Origin: Armatimonadetes bacterium JP3_11
GTDB lineage: Bacteria > Armatimonadota > Fimbriimonadia > Fimbriimonadales > GBS-DC
DNA: 58,422 nt
Direction of reading: 5' to 3'
Assembly: GCA_002254605.1 (NCBI GenBank)
Contig: NKPV01000001.1
Span: 1 to 58,422 of the forward strand
Shown: one piece after another, positions 41,615-51,300 of the stretch
Numbering within the stretch: position 1 is the first letter of the stretch
How the letters are laid out: each line of letters starts with the position of its first letter
Program-made: the position numbers and the translations under genes
Notes under the pieces: model-generated
What the model was told of the DNA's origin: nothing
Database searches by the model: none
The model's input: the letters and a program-made list of their open reading frames with translations, nothing else

Positions 41615-43304
41615 GTCCGCGCCTCCACGCGATGAGGGCTTCGCCCACCAACCAGACCGCCAGTCCGAAAATCACGATGCAGAAGCCCAAGAGCACCATG
41701 TTGCCCCGATTCGCGAAGTCCTGCATGTTGATGATTAGTGCGCCAAGGGTCGCAACCAGCATGAATCCCATCGGGAGCAGCGTGTAGAGGGTCGGTCGCC
41801 CCAGCGCGCGCAGGTAGAGCGAGACCACCAAGAGCGCCAGCGCCGCCAGCAGCTGGTTCGATGCGCCAAACAGGCTCCACAACAGCGCTCCCACTGATTT
41901 CATCTCGCCCGTGACGGGGTCGGGGGCTTTCAAGAGTGCGAAGAAGCCGATCAGCCCCACCGCGAATAGAGTACTCGATGTGGCGTTTTCCAAGGGTGCG
42001 ATGCGCCACGCTCGTCCCAGCTCCTGCAGGTTATAGCGGATGAGCCGTGCGCCTGTGTCTAAAGTCGTGAGCGCGAACCCCACTGCCACCGTCGCCACGA
42101 ACACTTTCGCAACCGCCACGGGGATGCCCACCGCGCTTACCATCACCCCCGCGCCATGCACGAAGTTGGCTAATGCGCCTTTTCCGGCGCTGAGCCAGTC
42201 GGGATAGCGCGTCTGCCACTCCGCGCCAAGCCCTGCTCCTACCGCAAGCAAAGCAAGCGTCGCCAGCAGCCCCTCGGTGAGCATAGCGCCGTAGCCAATC
42301 GGAAGGGCATGACGCTGTCTGTCCAACTGCCGGGCTGTCGTGCCCGAAGCGACCAATGAGTGGAAGCCCGACACCGCGCCACATGCAATCGTAATAAACA
42401 GCAACGGGAACATCGGCGGCGCACCTTTCGGAGAGAGATTCACCGCAGGTGCAGACATCGTAAAGCCACCAACCAGCGCGCCCCCCAACAACAACGCCAT
42501 CCCCAGAAACAGCTGAAACGAGTTCAGATAGTCGCGTGGCTGCAACAACAGCCATACTGGGAGCAGCGTCGCAACCAGCGCATAGCCCAGCAGCAAGTAG
42601 ATCCACAGGTTGGCGGTCAGCCCCACGCCCAACACGCTGGTAATCGGATACTGCACTCCCAACCACACAAAGCCCAAGCTCAGCAGCACCGCGGGAAGCG
42701 TGAGCTTCGCCAGCGAGATGCGATATCGGTAAAACAACACGCCCACCACCAACGCGAGCAGAATCAGTGCGACGCTGGGCAACACCGCCTCCGGCACATG
42801 CCCGCCCGTTGCGCCGCCTGCACCCGACGCGAACAGATTGGCAATATTAATCACGAAGACCCCCATCGCCAGCGCAATTGCGAAGATGCCGAACAGCAAG
42901 AAGAGCACGCGCGCCCGTGCGCTCGCTACATCATAGGCTAAGTCCGCCACACTCCGCGCCCGATTCCGCACCGAGCTATACAAACAGCCCAAGTCATGCA
43001 CCGCTCCCACAAAGATAGAGCCCAACACAATCCACAACAGGGCAGGCGCCCAGCCCCAAATCACCGCGATCGCAGGTCCCAGCAGCGGACCCAAGCCTGC
43101 AATCGAGGCGAAATGGTGTCCGAACACGATCATCGGTGGCGCAGGCACGAAGTCGCGTCCGTCGCGGAGCGTATGCGCGGGCGTCGGTTCCGAGTCGTCC
43201 AACTGGAACACGCGCTGTGAAAGCCAGCGCCCGTACCAGCGGTACGCCAGCGTTAAAAGCGCCGAAACGCCCAGCAGTATTAGGAGTGCGCTCATCGTAA
43301 ACAC
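41586..43304 (-). CDS. cstA: Carbon starvation protein CstA (peptide/pyruvate transporter family)
   Basis: N-terminal CstA signature ...PAHTLRDGRDFVPAPPMIVFGHHFASIAGLGPLLGPAIAVIWGWAPALLWIVLGSIFVGAVHD. 572 aa, polytopic. Confidence 0.9.
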   Translation of the reverse strand: MFTMSALLILLGVSALLTLAYRWYGRWLSQRVFQLDDSEPTPAHTLRDGRDFVPAPPMIVFGHHFASIAGLGPLLGPAIAVIWGWAPALLWIVLGSIFVGAVHDLGCLYSSVRNRARSVADLAYDVASARARVLFLLFGIFAIALAMGVFVINIANLFASGAGGATGGHVPEAVLPSVALILLALVVGVLFYRYRISLAKLTLPAVLLSLGFVWLGVQYPITSVLGVGLTANLWIYLLLGYALVATLLPVWLLLQPRDYLNSFQLFLGMALLLGGALVGGFTMSAPAVNLSPKGAPPMFPLLFITIACGAVSGFHSLVASGTTARQLDRQRHALPIGYGAMLTEGLLATLALLAVGAGLGAEWQTRYPDWLSAGKGALANFVHGAGVMVSAVGIPVAVAKVFVATVAVGFALTTLDTGARLIRYNLQELGRAWRIAPLENATSSTLFAVGLIGFFALLKAPDPVTGEMKSVGALLWSLFGASNQLLAALALLVVSLYLRALGRPTLYTLLPMGFMLVATLGALIINMQDFANRGNMVLLGFCIVIFGLAVWLVGEALIAWRRGRAVAAVASE

Positions 43305-43316
43305 CCTCGACAGGAA

Positions 43317-43658
43317 TTAGTCTAAATCCTGTTCGCCTCCAGACGACGACTCGCTCGCGAGCTCCTCTTCGAAAATCTCTTCCATCTCGTGGGGGTCTTC
43401 ATCCATCGCGGCGCTCATTTCGCGCATGAAGCGCCGCATGGTGCGTGGGTCGTCGAGGTCGCCAGCGAACTCCATGCTGTCTGCGAGGTCGTCGAGCATC
43501 TGGTCTTCACTGCGCAGGCGTGCGACCCGCGACACGAGGCGTTTGGATTCGGCGGCGCCACAGGCGGGGCAAGGCTGGGGATTGTCGCGCTCGGCAATCC
43601 CCAGGAGCTTCGTGAACCGTTTCCGACACTTCTGGCAACGATACTCGTAGACAGGCAT
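43317..43658 (-). CDS. FmdB-family zinc-ribbon protein with acidic tail
   Basis: MPVYEYRCQKCRKRF...PCPACGAAESKRLVS (CxxC...CxxC). The C-terminus is rich in D/E. Confidence 0.8.
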   Translation of the reverse strand: MPVYEYRCQKCRKRFTKLLGIAERDNPQPCPACGAAESKRLVSRVARLRSEDQMLDDLADSMEFAGDLDDPRTMRRFMREMSAAMDEDPHEMEEIFEEELASESSSGGEQDLD

Positions 43659-43659
43659 A

Positions 43660-44586
43660 TCAGCCCATCACCTTCTGAAGCGTCTCTTTGAGCACACGAG
43701 CGGAGTTTTGCAACGCCGCGCGTTCCTCATCCGAGACGCCGATTTCGATAACGGCTTCCACACCCTTGCGCCCGACGCGCGTGGGCAGCGAGAAGCATAC
43801 ATCGCTGATCCCCAGCGCACCGGTTTGCAAGGTGGACACGGGCAGCACTTGGTGCTTATCCAAGGCGATGGCGTTCACTACCTGTGCGATGGAGACGCCG
43901 ACCGCATAGCCCGCGCCGCCCTTAAGCCGGATCGCTTCCGCGCCGGAGTTCTTGGTGCGCTCAAACACCGCATCCATCGCCTCTTTGCTGTAGCCGGGGT
44001 AGTCGCGGAGTGGGACGCCTGCAATCGTCGCGCAGCTCCACGCGGGAACCATCGAATCGCCATGCTCGCCCAGGATGAGCGCGTCCACATCGGTTGCCGC
44101 CACGCCGAAATGCTCCGCAAGAAACGAGCGGAACCGACAGGTATCCAGCACAGTGCCCAGCCCGATCACCCGATCCGCGGGCAAGCCCGACTCCTTCACT
44201 GCAAGATAGGTCAGGATATCTACCGGGTTGGACACGACGAGAAGAATCGCGTCGTCGGCGAGTTGCACGGCTTTGAGACTGCCCAGAATCTCACGAAACA
44301 GTCCCACATTCCGGTTGATGAGCTCCAGTCGGCTCTCGTCGGGGCGTCGGCGCAGTCCTGCGGTGATAATCACGAGGTTCGCGCCATGCAGGTCGACATA
44401 GTCGCCCGCGCTGAAGCGAATAGGCTGGGAATACGCCGCACCGTGGCGCAGGTCCAACGCTTCGCCATCCGCGGCTTCCCGGTTCACATCCAGCAGGACC
44501 ACTTCGGAGACTGCGCCGATTAGTTGCAAGGTAAACGCGGCGTTGGAACCGACGCGACCGCCGCCGCCAATAATGCCTACCTTCAT
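43660..44586 (-). CDS. L-lactate/malate dehydrogenase family (LDH-like; Arg at the substrate-specificity position suggests malate dehydrogenase)
   Basis: MKVGIIGGGGRVGS (Rossmann), ITAGLRRRPDESRLEL (LDHs have Q where the middle R sits), catalytic GEHGDS. GGGAGG SD upstream. Confidence 0.85.
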   Translation of the reverse strand: MKVGIIGGGGRVGSNAAFTLQLIGAVSEVVLLDVNREAADGEALDLRHGAAYSQPIRFSAGDYVDLHGANLVIITAGLRRRPDESRLELINRNVGLFREILGSLKAVQLADDAILLVVSNPVDILTYLAVKESGLPADRVIGLGTVLDTCRFRSFLAEHFGVAATDVDALILGEHGDSMVPAWSCATIAGVPLRDYPGYSKEAMDAVFERTKNSGAEAIRLKGGAGYAVGVSIAQVVNAIALDKHQVLPVSTLQTGALGISDVCFSLPTRVGRKGVEAVIEIGVSDEERAALQNSARVLKETLQKVMG

Positions 44587-44639
44587 TTTTTGCCTCCCTA
44601 AATAGATAGGATTGAGTGGACCTCTTGTCCGTGCCTATA

Positions 44640-45782
44640 TCATACCCGACTCAGCAACTCCAGCGTCTGTTGGAGCAGGGCGTCGCGTGCTTCGCGGGTG
44701 TCGGCACGCAGAGTGATATGTCCCAGTTTCCTGCCGGGGCGGGGCGTCTTGCCGTAAAGGTGCAGGTGGGCGTTCGGGATGCGCAACACGGCTTCAATCG
44801 GGGGCAACGCGCCGATTAGGTTCACCATCGCGCAATAGCCGCGTGGCGCGACGCTGCCCAACGGCAACCCCAAGATGGCGCGCAGGTGGTTTTCGAACTG
44901 GCTCGTTTCCGCGCCCTCGATCGTCCAGTGCCCGCTGTTATGTACGCGCGGAGCGACTTCGTTTGCCAGAAGCCGCGCGCCCACCTGAAACATCTCCAGC
45001 GCGACTACGCCCACATAGTTCAGTGCTTCGAGCAAGCGACGCACATAGTCCTCACCCTCCGATCCGTGTTCATGGCGCGGAGAAGGGGAGCGAGTCGCGT
45101 CCTCGCCGGCAGCATGGGTGGGAAGCAAAGGCGGAAGGACATCCACTATCGAGACTCGCAATATCCCTTCCTGATGAATGTTCTCCACCAGCGGATAGAG
45201 AGCGATTTCGCCTGAGAGTGAGCGCACCCCAATCGCCGAGACCTCTCGCTCAAAGGGCACCAATGCTTCCGCAATCAGTGCGTGCGGCTGAAATCGTTGC
45301 ACCAGCGCTCGATACTCTGCGTGGGTGTGCGCCACGCCCTGACCTTTGCCGTCATATCCGAATCGGCGCGTCTTCACCACGCAGGGGAGTCCTGTTCTCT
45401 CCAGCGCCGAATCGGGGTCTGTGGGGTCAATCGGAGCGAAGGCGGGCGTGGGTATCCCGATGGAGTTCAAAAACTGCTTTTCCAGCAACCTATCCTGAAA
45501 CAGTTCTAAGGCGCGTGGCGTGGGGTGAACAGGGACTCGCGCCTCCAGCCACTGCGCCGTCGCAAGCGGGACATTCTCGAACTCGTAAGTGATGCACTGC
45601 TTGCCTTCAGCGAATCGGGCGAGAGCGTCCCAATCGTCGTAGGGCGCGCCGACAAGCGGAGCCACTTGTCCTGCGCAGGCGTCGGGAGCAGGGTCATACA
45701 CCTCAGTGTGTATCCCCAGCGGGTAGCCCGCCAGCGCCAGCATCCGTCCAAGTTGACCGCCGCCTAAGATGCCAATCCTCAT
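44640..45782 (-). CDS. purK: N5-carboxyaminoimidazole ribonucleotide synthase PurK
   Basis: [15 protein letters not shown]..., ATP-grasp blocks ([28 protein letters not shown]). Contains an extra Ser/Pro/His/Glu-rich segment of about 25 aa. Confidence 0.9.
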   Translation of the reverse strand: MRIGILGGGQLGRMLALAGYPLGIHTEVYDPAPDACAGQVAPLVGAPYDDWDALARFAEGKQCITYEFENVPLATAQWLEARVPVHPTPRALELFQDRLLEKQFLNSIGIPTPAFAPIDPTDPDSALERTGLPCVVKTRRFGYDGKGQGVAHTHAEYRALVQRFQPHALIAEALVPFEREVSAIGVRSLSGEIALYPLVENIHQEGILRVSIVDVLPPLLPTHAAGEDATRSPSPRHEHGSEGEDYVRRLLEALNYVGVVALEMFQVGARLLANEVAPRVHNSGHWTIEGAETSQFENHLRAILGLPLGSVAPRGYCAMVNLIGALPPIEAVLRIPNAHLHLYGKTPRPGRKLGHITLRADTREARDALLQQTLELLSRV

Positions 45783-46279
45783 GGGTCCCGTTCTGGGTAG
45801 GGGTTCTCTAAGACTGCCTGCGTTTGCCGTGTCCGATAAGCTTCCAGTGCCTCACGGAACCGAGGGTACTTGTTGGCTAAAATCGCAGTCGCCAGCAACG
45901 CAGCGTTGATGGCGCCCGCCTTGCCGATTGCCAACGTGCCCACAGGGATTCCCGCGGGCATTTGCACGATAGAGAGCAACGAATCGAGCCCCTTGAGCGC
46001 ATGCGACTCGATAGGCACGCCCAGCACAGGGAGGGTTGTTTTAGAGGCGGTCATCCCAGGCAGATGCGCTGCGCCGCCTGCCCCGGCGATAATCACCTCC
46101 AAACCACGCGACGCCGCAGTACTGGCATACTCGAACATCTTATCTGGCGTGCGATGTGCTGAGACAACCTGCACCTCGTACGGTACGCCCAGCGTCTCCA
46201 GCGTCTCCACCGCATGACGCATCGTCTCCCAGTCGGAACGGGAACCCATAATCACGCCTACCAGTGGATGTTGTTGCAC
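45779..46279 (-). CDS. purE: N5-CAIR mutase PurE
   Basis: [14 protein letters not shown]...[11 protein letters not shown]...[14 protein letters not shown]...PVLGVP. 4-nt overlap with purK. GTG start. Confidence 0.95.
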   Translation of the reverse strand: MQQHPLVGVIMGSRSDWETMRHAVETLETLGVPYEVQVVSAHRTPDKMFEYASTAASRGLEVIIAGAGGAAHLPGMTASKTTLPVLGVPIESHALKGLDSLLSIVQMPAGIPVGTLAIGKAGAINAALLATAILANKYPRFREALEAYRTRQTQAVLENPYPERDP

Positions 46280-46285
46280 ACACGA

Positions 46286-46291
46286 ATTCTA
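46286..46291 (-). promoter_or_regulatory. -10-like box TAGAAT, 6 nt upstream of the purE GTG
   Basis: Minus strand reads GGTAGAAT-tcgtgt-GTGCAACAACAT. No SD motif. Confidence 0.35.
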
Positions 46292-46330
46292 CCTGACCCA
46301 GTCTACTCGATCCGCCCCATCAGGGCGTAA

Positions 46331-46700
46331 TTGTTGAACCCGTTCTCAAACGCGCCCTCCATAAACGCAACCCCCATCGGCGCACCCCGACGATACAGCC
46401 TTTACGACCTGTACCGTGCCATGCTCTATGGGCTTGTCAACGGCATCCACTAACGCGACTTGTCCTGCGACCTGCCCCCGTGGCAAACCGTCTACTATCA
46501 CTTCCATCACTAACAAGCGTTGGGCGTGTTGGAACAGGTACAAAATGCGCTCGTCGCAAGGTCGCGTCGGCGGGAGTGACGCGGACAACTCAAGACCGCG
46601 GCGGTAGATAGTCAGAGTGTGCCGACCACCCAAAAAGGAGGGTGCGTGGCTACGACGGTGGCAAGAAAATCAAAGGGCGCAAACGGCTCAGAGCGGTGTC
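46331..46700 (+). mobile_element. Degenerate IS5-family transposase pseudogene (N-terminal third only; 3 in-frame stops and 1 frameshift)
   Basis: One frame reads LLNPFSNAPS..GAPRRYSLYDLYRAMLYGLVNGIH*RDLSCDLPPWQTVYYHFHH*QALGVLEQVQNALVARSRRRE*RGQLKTAAVDSQSVPTTQKGG. A 1-nt shift then gives RGYDGGKKIKGRKR. These are the conserved IS5-group blocks (AILYVLRTGCxWRxLP, PPWxTVYxxFxxW, IDSQSVKTTxxGG, GYDxGKKxKGRKRH). Stops at 46451, 46511 and 46577. Confidence 0.7.
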
Positions 46701-46766
46701 TCATAGGGGAAATAGATGGCATCACTCATGGTGTATAATAGAAGTATCACTTGGGGGAGGCAAACA

Positions 46767-46988
46767 GTGGCAACGACGCCTCGTCAATGGTGGCAGTATG
46801 TGCAACGGCTCTGCCTTCGTGCCGGGCTGACAGAGGACGACGCGAACGACTGCGTGTGGGCGATTCTGGCGCGCTACCAGCAGCGACGCAGCAGCTATCC
46901 GTGGGTGTTCGCCTACAGAAAGGAAGGTCAATGTGGGAGAGATTGCCTTCTAAGTCCTAACCCTGTTTCGCCGTCTCCTATGCCGTAG
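46767..46988 (+). CDS. Small hypothetical ORF (73 aa), faint resemblance to sigma-70 (ECF) region 2
   Basis: GTG 46767 lies 6 nt after GGGGGAGG; TATAAT at 46734-46739. ...LCLRAGLTEDDANDCVWAILARYQQ...PWVFAYRKEG loosely resembles region 2.1-2.3. It is too short for a functional sigma factor. Confidence 0.3.
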   Translation: MATTPRQWWQYVQRLCLRAGLTEDDANDCVWAILARYQQRRSSYPWVFAYRKEGQCGRDCLLSPNPVSPSPMP

Positions 46989-46999
46989 GAGGGATGAAG

Positions 47000-48013
47000 A
47001 TGCGTTGGTGGTTTGGATGGCTCTGCGTTGTGGCGAGCGCGATCTTCGCAGTTGCACAAGAGCTTCCCCCCACCCCTACCCCGCTGGTGGTGGTGTGCTG
47101 TCAAGGGGAGCTGGGTAGTGCCGAGCGCCTCAGACAGGCTGCGGAACAAGGGGCGACCCTCGAATCGTTGAAAACCCTCGCAGCCCAGGAAGGATTCGAA
47201 CTTGTGGAACACGACGCGCACCACTACGCTCTCAGCCGAACACTGCTCACCTTTCCTGAGACCGTTGAAGCGAATGTGTTGGAATGTCTGATGCACGCTG
47301 GCGGCAGCCTCGCGGGAACCGACTGCAGCAGCGCGAAGCGGTTCGTGGCGCAGAACCTGAAGCAACTCACCATCGTTCCCGAACTGGCGCAATCGGTTAC
47401 CCAAGAAGTCGGACTGCCCCTCGAAGAGTGGCTGGAACACGCCGCGTGGAGCCTTCAACTCGCAGGTAAACTCACTGCCTCCAGAAACAACCAAACTACG
47501 ACCTTTGTAGGGGACTCTGTCTACCTGTCGGCAGGCGCCGATACACCTCAAGAAAAGCGTGCTCCAGAAAGCGCGCCTACCGCAACCCTTCCCCTAACAC
47601 CTTGCAACGATTACCACTTTTTGTACACGAGCGCGATCCCGCTTTCCCAGCGCACAGACCGAGCGCGCGACGCGCTTAGCCTTATAAAGCAGCGAGAATC
47701 GCAGGCGCAACGACGGCTGAGCCAACTCTTTGCCCAACTCCAGAGCCACTATCGCGCCGAACTGGCAGGGCGAACGCTTCCGTTCCGCGACATACCTCCC
47801 GAAATTCAGCAGCACCTCGTGGAATCTGCTCTCGGCTTTGACGAAACCGGCGACGCTTCGGCAGTGGCGCAAGGAACTTACACCTTCTTCGTGACCCCTG
47901 AAGTGACGATTCGATTCGCCTACGAGGGCAAAAGTTGGCTGGTACATGTATATCTACTTCCCAATATGTCGGCAGATATGCGTCCTGTGGGGGTGGGCTT
48001 GCCGAGTAGGTAA
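47000..48013 (+). CDS. Secreted hypothetical protein (337 aa), no recognisable family
   Basis: Signal peptide MRWWFGWLCVVASAIFAVAQE with AGGAGGG 6 nt upstream of ATG 47000 (ATG 46994 also in frame). Even, coding-like composition. No motifs I recognise. Confidence 0.55.
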   Translation: MRWWFGWLCVVASAIFAVAQELPPTPTPLVVVCCQGELGSAERLRQAAEQGATLESLKTLAAQEGFELVEHDAHHYALSRTLLTFPETVEANVLECLMHAGGSLAGTDCSSAKRFVAQNLKQLTIVPELAQSVTQEVGLPLEEWLEHAAWSLQLAGKLTASRNNQTTTFVGDSVYLSAGADTPQEKRAPESAPTATLPLTPCNDYHFLYTSAIPLSQRTDRARDALSLIKQRESQAQRRLSQLFAQLQSHYRAELAGRTLPFRDIPPEIQQHLVESALGFDETGDASAVAQGTYTFFVTPEVTIRFAYEGKSWLVHVYLLPNMSADMRPVGVGLPSR

Positions 48014-48053
48014 TGCACGCGTTCGCGCTCTGACACTCAGGAGGTTAGTGAAG

Positions 48054-48221
48054 ATGCAACGACGGCAGAAATTCTTGGGTTTGACGGCGTTGATGTTAGC
48101 GATAGCGAACCTGATGGCGATGCCCCACACCTTGCCGGCGCTAAACGAACTGCGCGGGGGGGGGGGTAATCTAACCACACTGCAAAAGAGTAAAGCATTT
48201 TTCCTCCCGTGCGCTGTTTGA
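48054..48221 (+). CDS. Small ORF (55 aa) with N-terminal signal/TM segment and an internal G11 homopolymer
   Basis: AGGAGG lies 8 nt before ATG 48054. Sequence MQRRQKFLGLTALMLAIANLMAMPHTLPALNELRGGGGNLTTLQKSKAFFLPCAV. The G11 run (48156-48166) encodes the GGGG. Confidence 0.35.
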   Translation: MQRRQKFLGLTALMLAIANLMAMPHTLPALNELRGGGGNLTTLQKSKAFFLPCAV

Positions 48222-48344
48222 TTAGGCGTGCCTGCAATCGCCGCTCAAACAAGTTCTGCCCAATGGCGACCACGCAACGGCTCTGGCAGATGCGCCAGAA
48301 CTCACAGGAATTCGCAGATCACTGACGAATCCGAGACCCTCGGT

Positions 48345-51300
48345 ATGCGTAAGTATGCGTTGATCTTGGCGAGTTTGTTGTGCGCAATATCGGTTGCTCA
48401 ATCGGTTATCAAGTTTGCTCGGTTCCCCGCGCCGTCGCCCGACGGAACCCAAATCGCCTTCTCGTGGCAAGGCGACCTTTGGGTCGCCCCCATCGCCGGC
48501 GGCGTGGCGCAGCGGTTGACGGTTCACCCTGCCTATGATTTCGCCCCGATCTGGTCGCCTGACGGCAAAAAAATCGCCTTCACCTCCGATAGACACGGCA
48601 ACGACGATGTGTTCGTGTTGCATTTAGACACGGGCACGGTGCAACGCCTGACCTACTTTTCGGGGCGCGACCGCGCCTATGGCTGGACACCCGACAGCAA
48701 GGCGGTGCTGTTCGAATCGCGTCGTGAGTCGGAGCCTTACGGCGCGGATTTCAGTGCCTATGCAGCGCCGCTGGATGGGGGCACGCCCTATCGGCTGCAC
48801 AAAGCCAGCGGTTCGCCGTTTGCCCTCGCGCCCGACGGCAAGCGCCTCGCATTCGTGCGACGCGACAGCGCATGGTGGCGCAAAGGCTACAAAGGCAGCG
48901 CACAAGGCGACCTGTGGCTGGTCGATCGCGCCACCCAACGCTACACCCGTCTCACCGACACCGACACGCCCGACACCTTCCCCATGTGGAGCGCGGACGG
49001 ACGCACGCTCTACTTCGTCTCGGAACGCGATGGAACCGCCAACCTCTATGCGATGGATGTGCAAACCAAGCGCGTGCGCCCACTCACCCGCTTCAAGGAC
49101 GACGGCGTGCGCTTCCCCCAAATCAGCGCGAACGGCAAAGTGATTACCTTCGAGCAGGGCATGGAGGTCTATCGGCTGGACACATCGACAGGCGCGATGA
49201 GCGTAATAAGCCTCCAAGTTCCCGCGCAGGACCGCCGCGCCGCCGAGACTGTGCGACGCACCTTCAGCGCGAATGTGGAGGACTACGCCCTCGCATCCGA
49301 CGCCAAAGAGTTTGTGTACGCTGTGCGAGGCGAGCTGTTCGCCGCACGCTTCCCCGATGGCGGTCCCTCGCGCAACCTCACCGAAACCGTTGAACCCGAA
49401 AGCAACCCGCAACTCGCGCCCGACGGCAAGGCGGTCTACTTTGACGCCGAACGCGACGGCGCCACGCATATCTTCAAACTCACCTCCGACGACCCCGACG
49501 AGCCACGCCTGCGCCGCGCCCGCAAACACAAACTCGAGCCGCTCACCCACAGCCCGCAAGGCGAAAGCAAGCCACGCCTCTCGCCCGACGGCAAACTGCT
49601 CGCCTTCCAGCGCGGACAAGGCGATTTGGTCGTCATGCACCTCGAGACCAAGCAGGAATATACGCTAACACGCTCGTGGAACTTGGGCACAATCGCCTGG
49701 TCGCCCGACAGCCGCTGGATCGCCTTCGACCGCTACGACGAAAACTACAACAGCGATGTGTTCATCGTGCGCGTGCCCGAGTTCGAAACACCCAAACCCG
49801 ACATTTCAAGCGAACAGGCGCCGACGCAACCTGCGCCGAACACAACCGAAATCGGCATCTACAACATCTCACAACACCCGCGCAACGATTTCGCCCCCAG
49901 CTGGTCGGCGGATGGACGCGCGTTGGTGTTCCTCTCGGAGCGCGAGACCGACACGCTCAACATCTGCCATGTGTGGCTGCGCCGCGAGGACTTTGAACGC
50001 ACCCGCGCCGACCGCGAAGACGAAGAAGACGACAAGCACGACGCCCCGAAAAAGGAAGACAAAAAAGACCCCGTGCGTGTGGCGATTGACTTTGAAGACA
50101 TCCACCTGCGCGTGCGGTTGGTGACGCGCTACCCTGCGGGGGTGCAAGAAGCGGTGGTCGCGCCCGATGGTGAGCAAATCGCCTTCCGCAGCGCGTATCA
50201 GGGACAAGCCGACCTGTACACCATCAAGTGGGACGGCAGCGATGAGCGACGCCTCACCACAGGCGGGCTATCACCCGAGAGCCTGCAATGGAGCAAGGAC
50301 GGCAAGACCATCTACTTCCTCAGTCGGGGCAGGCTGCAACGCATTGCGACGGCAGGCGGCAGCCCCCAAACCACGCGCACCGACGCCGAGATCACGATTG
50401 ACCTCGCCAAAGAGCGCGAATATCTCTACGACGCCGCATGGCGCACGCTGAACGAGACCTTCTACGACCCGAACTTTCACGGCGTGAACTGGGCGGCGAT
50501 GCGCGAGAAGTATCGCCCGTATCTGCCCTATGCCCAAGCCGACCGCGACTTCACGGCGGTCGTGCTGATGATGCTGGGCGAGTTGCGCGCGTCGCACCTG
50601 AGTTTCTCGCTGGCGCGTTCCGAAACCACCGATGCGCCCTCTAACACGGGTATGCTGGGCGTGGTGTTCGGCAACGAGCGCGACGGCGACGGCTTGCTTA
50701 TCGAGCGCGTGTTGCCCAATACGCCTGCATCGCGTAAAGATGTGAACCTGCAAGCCGGCGAGCGCATTCTGGCGATTGACGGCAAACCCATCACGCGCAC
50801 CACAAATGTATACCAGCTGCTGGACAACACGGTGGGCAAGCGGATCGAGCTGCGCGTGCGCGGCGCGGACGGAAACGAGCGCACCGTGTTCCTGCGCCCG
50901 ACCACTATCGCCGAGTTCAACAACGCCGTCTATCGCGACTGGGTAGAGCGCAACCGCCGATATGTGGAGGAGCGCACAGGGGGGCGTGTGGGCTATGTGC
51001 ATATTCAGGCGATGGGCGAAGCGAGCCTGCGCGAGTTCGAGCGCGACCTCTATGCCGTCGCCTACGGCAAAGAGGCGCTGATTATCGATGTGCGCTACAA
51101 CGGGGGCGGGCGCACGGCGGACTACCTGCTGGCGATGTTGCACCCGCCGCACCACGCCTACACCGTCGGGCGCAACGGCGAGCGGGGCTATCCGCAGGAC
51201 AGGCTGCCTGTGATTGGCTGGCGCCAGCCGATTGCCGTGCTGTGCAACGAACGCAGCTTCAGCAACGCCGAAATCTTCTCCCACGCCATCAAAACGCTCA

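Noticed and set aside
48054-48221. The small ORF as a double-glycine-leader RiPP/bacteriocin precursor (LNELRGGGG then a Thr/Ser/Cys-containing core).
   Set aside because: The N-terminus looks like a Sec signal or TM helix rather than a GG-type leader. No C39-peptidase ABC exporter or modification enzyme is nearby. The Gly run is simply the translated G11 tract. It is kept only as a phase-variation or sequencing-error candidate.
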